Source: Octopus sinensis
Lineage: Eukaryota
Assembly: GCF_006345805.1 (NCBI RefSeq)
Contig: NC_043001.1
Coordinates: forward strand, 83,266,001-83,330,000
Direction: 5' to 3'
Length of the DNA: 64,000 bases
Shown here: one piece after another, positions 52,495 to 64,000 of the stretch
Position numbering within the stretch: position 1 is the first letter of the stretch
Layout of the letters: every line of letters begins with the position of its first letter
Program-made: the position numbers and the translations under genes
The notes under the pieces: generated by a model
What the model was told of the DNA's origin: nothing
Seen by the model: only the letters and a program-made list of their open reading frames with translations
The model's database searches: none

Positions 52495-52737
52495 TCTCTT
52501 TTACTCTTTTATTTGTTTCAGTCATTTGACTGCGGCCATGCTGGAGTACCGCCTTTAGTCGAACAAATCGACCCCGGGACTTATTCTTTGTAAGCCCAGT
52601 ACTTATTCTATCAGTCTCTTTTGCCGAACCGCTAAGTGACAGGGACGTAAACACACCAGCACCGGTTGTCAAGCAATGCTAGATGGACAAACACAGACAC
52701 ACAAACATATACACACACACATATATATAAATATATA

Positions 52738-52772
<35 letters not shown>

Positions 52773-52930
52773 CGACAGGCTTCTTTCAGTTTCCGTCTAC
52801 TAAATCCACTCACAAGGCATTGGTTGGCCCGGGGCTATAGCAGAAGACAGTTGCCCAAGATGCCACGCAGGGGGACTGAACCCGAAACCATGTGGTTGTT
52901 TAGCAAGCTACTTACCACACAGCCACTCGT
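52495..52930 (-). mobile_element. SINE family B full copy
   Basis: Near-consensus. Confidence 0.9.
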
Positions 52931-53249
52931 ATGTGTTATTAACAGAATATGTGTGTGTGTCTGTCGGAGACAAAGGCTTTGATAGTGGAGAGAAAATTGT
53001 CCGACCAATGTTGGGTACTCGTTGTATATGTTCAACACACACACACACACCACACATAAATCTCTATACATTTACTACGGGATTCTATCAGTTTCCGCGT
53101 CTACCAAATCCGCTCACAAGGCTTTGAGTCGGCGCGAGTCACAGCAGAAGACTCTTGCCTATCTGCCACGCAGTGGGACAAGACGTGCAGCTATGTTGTT
53201 AGGAAAAAAATGTTTTATCACACAATAGATAGATAGGTAGATGTCTTAT

Positions 53250-53600
53250 AACTCTCTTATATAAAATCCGTTCTGTCTGTCTGTGTGTGTGTGTCTTCTA
53301 GGATCTCGGGCATCCTCCATCCGATTGCGCTCAAATTTGATATGTAAATACCGACGGTATCAGGGCGTGTATAAGTCTTGAAAAAATACAAAAATCGATA
53401 AAACTGTGGGAAATCGTTTTTCTTTGGAATAGAAAAAAGTCTGTCTTTATTTCTTCTTTTGCTGGTGTCTCAAATTTAGGTTAAATCAGTGTTTCATAGG
53501 TGAGGCCTATGGGACGGTCGGACAAGTTGTTTTGAGAAAATTTGGTTTAAATGTTTGACAACTCAGCACCGTCCATTGAACGGGAGGCGTTTTGCTCGTA
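53250..53600 (+). mobile_element. Non-autonomous Helitron, 5' portion
   Basis: tctcttatataaaatccgttctgtctgtctg(TG)n...ccgattgcgctcaaatttg, same layout as the 30453-30815 element; no CTAG 3' end found. Confidence 0.55.
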
Positions 53601-53857
53601 TACACACACACACACATGTACTTAAAGACGTGAAATCTTAATGATGTGCTGGACGATAACTGACGAGGAAAGAGCATGTCTGTCTTGTGTGTGCGAATGT
53701 TTTGTTCGTTCCTTTGTCGAACCTCCGTTTAACTTTTGAAACACACACACATGTATGTATATATATGTGTGTGTGTATGTATGCGTGTATATATATGTAT
53801 GTATATGTGCGTGTATATATACGTACATATATATATGTTTCTGTATGTATGTGTCTA

Positions 53858-54078
53858 TGGCAGAACCGTTAGCATGCCGGGCGAAATGCGTAGCCGTATT
53901 TTGTCTGCCGTAACGTTCTGAGTTCAAATTCCGCCGAGGTCGACTTTGCCTTTCCACCTTTCGGGGTCGAAAAATTAAGTACCAGTTATGCACTGGGGTC
54001 AATGTAATCAACTTAATTCGTTTTGTCTGTCCTTGTTTGTCCCCTCTATGTTTAGCCCCTTGTGGGTAATAAAGAAAC
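53858..54078 (+). mobile_element. SINE family A, slightly 5'-truncated
   Basis: Core and tail recognisable. Confidence 0.85.
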
Positions 54079-54090
54079 ATATATAAGTGA

Positions 54091-54133
<43 letters not shown>

Positions 54134-54861
54134 CGCCTGTATTCATGAGAAAAGGATTGCAAAAACGTATACAACTGCATGTCTTTCAGTGCTTTCGGTT
54201 ACGCTAAAAGACTCTGTGTGTGTGTGTGTGTGTGTGTGTACGCTCATGTGTGCGCGGTAGATTTAATAATATGCCTCATCATAAAAGGTCCTCAGTCACC
54301 TTACCTCACCTACTTCACCCATCCACACACAACCATATCACCTGCACTCCTACTTGCTCTCCCCCTCCCTCCTCTCTCTCTCTCTCTCTCCTTCACTGCT
54401 AGCTGCTCTTCTTATCCTCCTTAAATACCTGTCGTTTACACCGCAGCAGGTCTGTGGTTACCTACCTACTTACTCGACAGCGCTTCAAACTATTTGGCAC
54501 GGTTTCTTCCCCTTCCCCTATTCCTGCTCTTCATGTTGTTATTGTTCTTCTCATCGTCGTCATCGTGACGACTATCAGCATCGTAATCATCATCATAACC
54601 ACCATCACCGTTTGAAGTGGTACAAAGGCGCTCCGCTGTCTTCGTTCATAACAAGGCTAGTAACAAAATGGAAATTTATGTATGTATATATACATATATA
54701 CATGCATACATACTAGTGTGCGTATGTGTGTGTATAAAGTTGTGTGCGTTTCTTCATTTATGTATGTCATATGTGCTTAAAATGTATGCTTTGTACATCT
54801 GTGTTAGTGTGTGTGCATAGAGTATATATATGTATATATGTGTGTGTGTGTGTGTATATAT

Positions 54862-55272
54862 AGGCGCAGGAGTGGGTGTATGGTAAGTAGCTTGCTTACC
54901 AGCCACATAGTTCGGGGTTCAGTCCCACTGCGTGGCACCTTGGGCAAGTGTCTTCTACTATAGCCTGGAGCCGACCAAAGCCTTGTGAGTGGATTTGGTA
55001 GACGGAAACTGAAAGAAGCGCATCGTATATATGTATACATATATGTATGTGTGTGTATGTTTGTGTGTCTGTGTTTGTCCCCCCAACATCGCTTGACAAC
55101 CGATGCTGGTGTGTTTACGTCCCCGTAACTTAGCGATTCGGCAAAAAGAGCCCGATAGAATAAGTACTAGGCTTACAAAGAATAAGAAGTCCTGGGGTCG
55201 ATTTGCTCGACTAAAGGCGGTGCTCCAGCATAGCCGCAGTCAAATGACTGAAACAAGTAAAAGAGTAAAGAG
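54862..55272 (+). mobile_element. SINE family B full copy
   Basis: ggcgcaggagtgggtgtatggtaagtagc...gaaacaagtaaaagagtaaagag. Confidence 0.9.
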
Positions 55273-55307
55273 TATATAGTGTGTGTGTGAGTGTATGTAT
55301 GTGTATG

Positions 55308-55342
<35 letters not shown>

Positions 55343-56158
55343 ATGTAGTATGTGTGCGCGTATTTATTGAGATTGAATGTATATGCGTGTGTGCAAGAAT
55401 ATATAGGTAATGTCTATACGAACATGTGAGGAGTTATACACGCACGCACGCACACACACATGTCTCTATATATGTATGTATTTGAGCTCCCATATACTTT
55501 TGTCATGTGGGAATGAACGCAACACAAATACATTATGTTAATATCTATCTTTGTAATTTGTAAATTGCTTACAAATTTAGTAATGTTCACGTGTATATGT
55601 GACCGTGTGTGTGTTTGTATTTGTGTTAGTGTCTCTTTCTAATTACAGGTATGTGAAAACATATTCTTACCTGTATTTATATCGTTTCTGTGTGGGAATA
55701 TATTCAATCACTGCACACACGCCAACTAGATGACAAGACAGCAGGTACGCACTCACCCGTTCATTCGCGCGCACGCGCACATACACCACACACACACCAC
55801 ACACACACACACACACACACCACACACACCACACACACACACAACACTATATATTATATATATAATTATTATATATATATATATAATATAATATATATAT
55901 ATATTATATATATTATATATATCTACACACACACATACATTCGCCCATACATACATTGTGTATAATCCCGTACAAACACAAGACAGACAAGTATGCACGC
56001 AGAAAAGACAGAAGGTCTTAAAAGCCAAGTTGACCCTACAGTACGCACACATACACATATGCGCGCGCAGCCTTCTCTCTTTTCTCATACGCACATGCAC
56101 TGAGTTACACTCCTACATACGCACACACATATACACAATCGCTCTGCATAATTTTGTG

Positions 56159-56201
<43 letters not shown>

Positions 56202-57086
56202 CAGATAGACAGAGAGCAAAGTGGGCGGGAGACTAGGTTGTAAAACGACTAGCATGCCGAAAGCTACAAGTACATTATAGGTCCTTCGTCTCTGTCGACG
56301 TTGGGTATTTAATTATTAGATCAACAGAACTTAACTACATGCTAAATAAGTGTAACTTTTAATTTATTTTCAAGCAGAATGTAACAGCGTGTGACAAGCA
56401 AGGCTGGACTTTACAGGTAGAAACCATTGGATGGGCTGCTATACAGTTTTCCTTCTACCTAATTTCACTGACAAAGTTTGGGCCGATCGTAGTCTGTGGT
56501 AAAAGGCACTTGCTCAAAATGCCATACGGTGGAGTCGAAAACGGACCTCATTAATTGGAAAATTAACTTACCACTAAGTTATGCCTGCGTCCACACCACA
56601 CACACACCACACACACACACACACATGCATACGCACGCATACGCAATCTTCGCAATCACGCATACACATAATCGCATGCATAAAGCACATTTTAAACTAT
56701 ATCCACCCGCTCAAAGAGAAATCACATCCAGCCGCCTTCGATAGGCAGTCTCAACACCACACTTTTTAGTTGCAGTTCAAGCCAGAGTTTTAATAACAAA
56801 CTAAGCTGAGCGCTCATACTGCATACATATTACGTTACATCAGTCGACGAAAACTCCTTGCCTATCCTCTAAAGCACATAGACATATATATTCTCTACAA
56901 CATATACACGCACTTGTATAAAATTACTCGTTAGTTAACAGTACTTCGTTTCGTTCCTATAATGTAGGGCGTTCTTTGTAAATAATTTGTCTCTACAATA
57001 CATATTGTGTAGACGATAAACTACAGCGAAAAGCCTTTACGTGTTCAAGTATCTCTCAGATATATTTGAACCGATGGTCTTCACTT

Positions 57087-57129
<43 letters not shown>

Positions 57130-57215
57130 CTCTCTCCCTCTCTCTCACTGCTTCGCACACCTACTTATGCATTTGTTCCGGCCTAACGATCAACATTACG
57201 CGCTTTCATTATATA

Positions 57216-57258
<43 letters not shown>

Positions 57259-57274
57259 ATATATAATGTGTGTA

Positions 57275-57443
57275 CAGGCGTGGCTGTGTGGTAAGAAGCT
57301 TGTTTCGAAACTGCGTGGTTCTGAGTTCTCTCACTGTGTGGTACGTTGGGCAATTATCTTCTTCTATAGCCTCGGACCGACCAAAGCCTTGTGAATGGAT
57401 TTAGTAGACGAAAATTGAAAGAAGCCCGTCGTGTATACACACA

Positions 57444-57486
<43 letters not shown>

Positions 57487-57650
57487 GTGTGTCCTCCCAC
57501 CACCACTTGACAACCGGTATGGGTGTGTTTGCGTCCCAGTAACAAAAGACACCGATTGAATCAGTACCAGGCTTAAAGAAATTACAGAGGTCGACTAAAA
57601 ATTCAAGGTGGTGCTCTAGCTTGGCCGCAGTCTAATGACTGAAACAAATA
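57275..57650 (+). mobile_element. SINE family B
   Basis: Diverged copy; a partial reverse copy follows at ~57735-57840. Confidence 0.8.
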
Positions 57651-57702
<52 letters not shown>

Positions 57703-58469
57703 CCGCATGCGCATACTCACACACACATGCGCAGGGCACTGGTTGGCCCTGGATTATAGTAGAGAAGGTTATAGTTGAAGGTATGCCGCAGTGGGACTGA
57801 AACACGAAACCTTGTGGTTGCAAAGCAAGCCTCTTAACCAGATGGGGGGAAATTTTCAATTATGAATATTTTGGCGTACGACATTCAGAATTCAACCTTT
57901 TAACGGAATTATGCCTGCTATATTGTAACCGGCTGACTGTATTGTGTGATTGGTAAACACTAGTTTGGTTGGTATGCTAGTAATTACAACCACACTTGCA
58001 TGTATGTATAGTTAGCTATAAGTACATACATGCAAGCCTGATAGCTTGTTTGCGCATATACTGGTGTTACTTAAAATATATTTGAACCTGGTCGGCGTTG
58101 ATAACACGCTGGCGTCATTATGGTTAGTAACAGCGGAGCAGATTATTTCAAATATTGACAATTTTCGCTATACTTAAACTACATTACGTATTTATACACA
58201 ACTGTGTACATGTTTACCTCTTGAGGAAGTCACACAAATTACATACATGAGTTGGTCTTACTGACATTCAAGCCTGTTTCAAGACTTCGTTAATCCACTT
58301 CTCAGGAGGCTGTTATCTTCAATGTTGATGCTCTACTGAGGCATAAACATCTGCAGATATGGCAGCATTGCTGGTTGCTAGTGTCAAGATCTGACGTACA
58401 TCTCTTCTGTATATATGCCTCAAGTTCATACTTCACTTTGACCTTGAACTACTTTCATAACATACTGTT

Positions 58470-59062
58470 TCACACTGTTTCAATATACACAAAGCACTTT
58501 ATCTACATTAATTCCAACATACTCTGCTTTCTCTATATACTCTTCCCAGCTCTGCAGTATATCTTCTGTAGTACAGTACTATCTGTAAGACTATATAACA
58601 TTATACTACATCTATATTAATTCTATCGTGCTTCACTATCTCTATACTGTCCCCACAAACCTCCACTATATCTTCTATAGAACTATCTTTAATACTATAC
58701 CATATCTATATCAATTCTATCCTTCTCTTCTATCGCTATATTATCTCCATAGCACTGGACTTTATCTTCTATAGTACAGCACTATCTATATCACTAAATA
58801 ATTCTGCACTCTATCTTTCTATCTGTATTAATTCTATCGTACAGTGCCATCTCTACGCTGACTCCATAGTACTACACTATATATTTAATAGTAAACCATT
58901 ATCTGTACCACTATACGACATTGTGCTACATCTTTATTAATCAAATAGTACTGTACAAAGCCAACATTGACTTCATAGTACTGCACTATACTTTGCTATA
59001 GTAATGGTGTATTGTACAACAACTAGGTAGCGTTGAACAATATAGTTGTGTGTGTACGCATC

Positions 59063-59099
<37 letters not shown>

Positions 59100-59181
59100 C
59101 ACTATCAATATATGTATATTTACACACACATCAACACATCTTTATATATGCACGAGTATATTGTGAGTGTATATGTATATA

Positions 59182-59240
<59 letters not shown>

Positions 59241-59385
59241 ACATGTATTTCAGAAATACATATATAGAACGGTTCAATTAATATAGATATATTATAGTGT
59301 TAAAGATAGTACTATAGAAGATATAGTGCAGGGCTGGGAAGACAATGGAGAGAAAGCAGAATATGATTGAATATATAGTACTTTG
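58470..59385. repeat. Diverged ~90-120 bp tandem repeat (58470-59000) with an inverted unit (59275-59385)
   Basis: Recurrent ctgcactatatcttctatagtac...atctatattaattctatc; the reverse complement of 59275-59380 matches 58500-58625. Confidence 0.75.
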
Positions 59386-59412
59386 TGTGTGTGTGTGTGC
59401 GTGTATACATAA

Positions 59413-59469
<57 letters not shown>

Positions 59470-59816
59470 CACACACACATACATGTGCAAATGAGAACGT
59501 TATATATATAACACATTTATGTTATATATATATATATGTTATATATACACACACATTGCTTTTATATATATAATGTCGTACCTTGTTTCTCAATGACTGT
59601 TATACTTTCCTGTCTCCTCAGGAGTAATTCCGTGCGATTTTACCATCTCTCCCCATATACCACAAACCTCTCTACACTCACCCACGTCTGCACGCTTCCT
59701 TCTCACAATACTGATGCCGTAATAGACGAAATAAATCATTTTATTACATTAGTCCAAAATCCTCAGAAGAACTATATCTTAAGTATACGAATATATCTCT
59801 GAACTGTCTGCATAAA

Positions 59817-59847
<31 letters not shown>

Positions 59848-60283
59848 GTATGTACGTCCTCCTTATTTTTGTGCGTGTGTGTTTCATGAGCGAGTATAGC
59901 CTGGATGTGTACAAGTATTTCCTTTATCTACAGCTTACTAATTAAATAAAGTCAACATATCATGAATAAGATAATTAAATTATGAATATACAAAAAATAC
60001 AAAAAAATGATAATTATAGATAAATAAATAAATAAAACTACAAGAAGTCACAGCATGTTGGCAACTTTCTATTAATATTTCACTAGAGTTTTCTTTAGTT
60101 CAACAACGGAAACCATATTTGTGATGCGGTTTGGTCAGGTGATCTGTGAGATTGTAACTCGTCTTGTGCGTAAACGACGCGGTGTTTATATGTTTATATA
60201 TTGCTTATGTGTCTGTGTGTGTATGTGAGAGAGAGAGAGAGAGAGAGAGCATGCGTGTGTGTGTGTATGTGTGAGAGAGAGAG

Positions 60284-60324
<41 letters not shown>

Positions 60325-60869
60325 ATTCATTGATATATGCATGTGTGCATATGTATTTCTTTCTGTGTATGTATCCCATCTTTAGAAGCTATTATGCATT
60401 TTTGAGTCCATTAGTCTTCCATTATATATGTGTGTCTGTGCTACCTGTGTGTATGAATGTATGTATATTGGTAGGTATACATGTGTATGTTTTATCTGTA
60501 TGTGTATGGTGTGCATACGTATAAAAATGCGAATGTACGTACATATGTGTATATATGGATAAAGATGTGTATGTACATATGTGTATATATGTGTATGTAT
60601 GCATATAAGTGTGTTTGTATGTGTGTATATGTGTGCGTTTATATATGTGTGTGTATATGAATATATATGTATATGTTTGTATGAATCCATGTATACATGT
60701 TCGTGTGTGTGTGTGGACGTTTATGTAATATGCGGGTGTCTACTTTCAATCGAATAGAAATTTATACAATTTTGCGCTGTCTACGAAAGCTAACACACGC
60801 CATACCTGCCTACTTGCTTACTTATTGAAGCTGTGAAATTCTATGAATAATTATGCAATAACATGTAAG

Positions 60870-61176
60870 ATATGGAAGGTCAAAAGGGAAAGCAATACTT
60901 GCCATCGCCGCCAATGGAGGAAAGAAGTAAAGACAGGCATGAATGTTTTTGAAGAAAATATGCATTTTGCATGCCGAACTTAAGCTTGCTGCTCGAAAAC
61001 GCACCACCACTGCAGTAAATGGGGGAAGTTTGGTCTGCAGTTTCCTCGGACGTTTATGTTCATCAAGAACCGAACTTATTAGTCATCAGTGGAAACACAA
61101 ATGTAAAGTCGAATTTTGTCTCAGAGCATAATGTTCTTGATGTCAGTAATGGTCTTCTTCGGCCAGGAGTGAACCC
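60870..61176 (+). mobile_element. RTE (BovB-like) LINE 3' end with degenerate C2H2-like knuckle
   Basis: RRQWRKEVKTGMNVFEEN / ILHAELKLAARK...LVCSFLGRLCSSRTELISHQWKH, then an RTE-like tail ggtcttcttcggccaggagtgaacc. Confidence 0.75.
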
Positions 61177-61474
61177 ATATATATATATATATATATATAT
61201 ATATTCTTTTATTTCAGTCATTTAACTGCGGCCACGCTGGAGCACCGCCTTAAAGGGTTTCAGTCGAAGAGCTTAATCTTTGTATGTATTCTATCAGTCT
61301 CTTTGGCCGAACCACTAAGTTACGGGGACATAAACACACTAACATCAGTTGTTAAGCGATGGCGTGGGGGACACAAGCACTAACATACAAATATATATAT
61401 ATATATATGAAAAGAAAATGGAGATTTACGATTGACATATTTTAATTTATTAGCATAATATTATATTATTATTT

Positions 61475-61724
61475 GTTGTTGTTTGTTCCTTCTCGAACCA
61501 CGCCTGGCTCATAGGGCCGGTTTCCCGGTTTCCTTGGCGCATAGGTTCCCCACCTGGACAGGACGCCGGTCCGTCGCAGGTAAGCTGCAAGATGCTGGAG
61601 GAAAGCGAGAGAAAGAGTCAGTAGAACTTCGCCATTACCTTTGCGGGAGCCGCGTGGAACTTAGGTGTTTCGCTCATTCCCTCGACCGCGAGTCCGCTGC
61701 TCTAACCACTAGGTCATGTGCCTC
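61475..61724 (-). mobile_element. SINE family C (V-like tail)
   Basis: Reverse of gaggcacatgacctagtggttagagcagcggactcgcgg...cctgcgacggaccggcgtcctgtccagg...gaaaccggga. Confidence 0.8.
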
Positions 61725-62204
61725 TGAATATTATTATCTAATACAATATAAATATCATAATCCTACATTTGTTTCGATTCAGACCCAATGACAAATTTAT
61801 GAAAACGCATGTTTGTGGGTAAGAATCTCATAGTACAAGACACTTGCCCAAAGTGCCAACTTTATGGTTGGGAAGTAAGCTTTTTACCACGCAGCCACGC
61901 CTGCGCCTATTTATAACAATCGATCATAATGTTCATAGTTCTAGAATGAAGAATCTATATAAATCTACTGGACAAGTGTAGTTATGTTTCGTAATCTTAT
62001 TTTGAACTAACTAACAATAGAGTTATACGTTACATAACGATAGAAATAATTAATAACTGGCGAAGTTCCTAACCTGACAGACAGCTGATTCTTCAACAAG
62101 GTTTATACTTACATAACGTAATCAAAGGCTTTGCTGATTGATGACACAGGACAACACCCCACCTTTTCATACATACATACATACATACATATATACATGC
62201 ATTG

Positions 62205-62239
<35 letters not shown>

Positions 62240-62789
62240 TGTCTTTTTATAGCGAACACTTCAAAGGCAAGAGATCTGACTGACTGACCATTCACACAGA
62301 GAAAGGAATGATGGTCAAGATGTATCATTAATTTGTGTCGAATCTACTTTTGTGTATCGGTCAAGACAGTGGCGGTAGTGGTAGTGGTGGCAGTTATAAT
62401 GTGGAACTGTTGGTGTTGGTTGTAGTGACGGTAGAAATAGTCAGAATAAAGGTGGCGATAATATTTTGCAATAATAACGGTGGTGGTGGTGGAGTTGGTG
62501 GTAATGGTAATGGTGGTGGTGAAAATGATGATTATTGATTGTGACAGGGTGACTGTGGCACAGTGAATGGTATGACCGGCAGGGTTGTTCGTTCTATGGA
62601 GCGCTACCAGAGAAAGGCGGCAGTGGTTGTGGCGGTGATGATACGATTGAAGCAGGACTGTAGCGTAAATATTCTATCTCTCCACGCTTCCCCCGCAACC
62701 CCAGGCCCAATATAGGATATGTAAAGGTGTCTTGAATTCAGCCCCGAACTGCATTTATCAAACTACGAACTAATTATCTTTTCCTTTCT

Positions 62790-64000
62790 AATTTTAACTC
62801 AAGGTCGGCAATTTTGAGGGGACGGGAAGTCGATTATATCGATTCTCGTGCTGCACTGGTATTCGTTTCATCGTCTCCTGAATGCCGAAAGGCTGAGTTG
62901 ACCGTGGCGGTATTTGAACTCAGAAAGGCGGTGAGCTGGCAGAGACGTTAGCACGCCGGGCGAAATGCTTAGCGGTATTTCGCCTGCCGTTACGTTCTGA
63001 GTTCAAATTCCGCCGAGGTCGACTTTGCCTTTCATCCTTTCGGGGTCGATTAATTAAGTACCTGTTACGCACTGGGGTCGATACAATCGACTTAATCCCT
63101 TTGTATGTCCTTGTTTGTCCTCTCTGTGTTTAGCCCCTTGTGGGTAGTAAAGAAATAGGTATTTGAACTCAGAACGCAAAACCAAACGAACTGTCGCTAA
63201 ACATTTTGCTCGACACTCTACTATCGCTTCCGGGTTTTGGTACTGGGCCGGCGACAATGACGACCCTAATGCTTCACTGTTAATTTATTTTATCGACTAC
63301 AAAAGGATTCAAGGTAATGTCGACCTCGGTGGAATTTGGATTCAGAATGTAATGAGCCGGAAAAAATGTTACTGAGCACTTTGATCAGCATGCTAACAAT
63401 TCCGCTAGTTCGATACATTAAGATATAATAATAGTCCTTCCTACAATAGGCACAATGCCTGAAATGTTGGTGCTGGGGTCTAGTCTCTTATATTGGTCCC
63501 CAGTGTTCAGCTGATACTTATTTTATCGACGTCGAAAGGATGAAAGGCAACGTCACCCTCTGCAGTATTTGAACACAGATCTTAAAACCGGGAGAAATGC
63601 TGCTAAGCATTTTGTCCCGCACGCTAACGATTCTTTTCTACTCTAGGCACAAGGCCAGAAATTTGAGGGGAGGGGCCAGTCGATTAGCTCGACCCCAGTA
63701 TGCAACTGTTACTTAATTTATCGATCCCGAAAGGATGAAAGGCAAAGTCGACCTCGGTGGAAATTGAACTCAGAACGTAGCGGCAGACGAAATACCGCTA
63801 AGCATTTCGTCCGGTGTGCTAACGTTTCTGCCAGCTCACCGCCTTATCACTTATTGATAATCCTTTCTGCTGAAATTTGTGGGCAAGGGACTAGTCGATT
63901 ACTTCGACTCCAGTGTTTCACTGGTACTTAATCTATCGACCCCGAAAGGATGAACGGCAAAGTCAACCTCGGCGGTATTGGAACACGCCGCCTTCTCACT
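62790..64000. mobile_element. Cluster of SINE family A: reverse tandem array with a nested plus copy at 62927-63157 (17-bp TSD)
   Basis: TSD ggtatttgaactcagaa at 62909-62925 and 63158-63174. Confidence 0.88.

Noticed and set aside
57995-58036. Perfect 14-bp hairpin cttgcatgtatgta/tacatacatgcaag
   Set aside because: Too short for a pre-miRNA and largely (TACA)n-derived.

Overview
AT-rich, microsatellite-dense eukaryotic DNA. The repeat content (tRNA-derived SINE families with Meta-, CORE- and V-type cores, plus abundant (TA)n/(CA)n/(CT)n) points to an octopus (coleoid cephalopod) genome; this is an inference. I recognise no intact protein-coding gene, and nearly all ORFs in the track are translations of microsatellites or SINEs. 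The window reads as intergenic or intronic DNA made of: a decayed Helitron Rep ORF (1-2340, minus), a tRNA-Ser(GCT) pseudogene, a decayed DD34D mariner, RTE-clade LINE 3' fragments, several MITEs (one carrying telomeric CCCTAA repeats), non-autonomous Helitrons, dozens of SINEs, two diverged ~90-100 bp satellites, an ~807-bp tandem duplication, and a possible promoter region with candidate exons near 20-23.5 kb. The most interesting signal is a family of short palindromic retroelements (three copies: 13150-13439, 17888-18317, 19783-20050). Each arm carries a minimal type-I hammerhead ribozyme motif, the arms show the Penelope-style inverted pLTR with a tail on one arm only, two copies have 12-bp target-site duplications, and one copy keeps a tRNA-like Pol III head. 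This suggests a tRNA-headed, ribozyme-bearing non-autonomous partner of Penelope-like elements. Further hammerhead-like relics and a SINE subfamily that repeatedly inserts at GGTATTT (often into its own family) are also reported. Coordinates of degenerate repeats are approximate and all family names need database confirmation.
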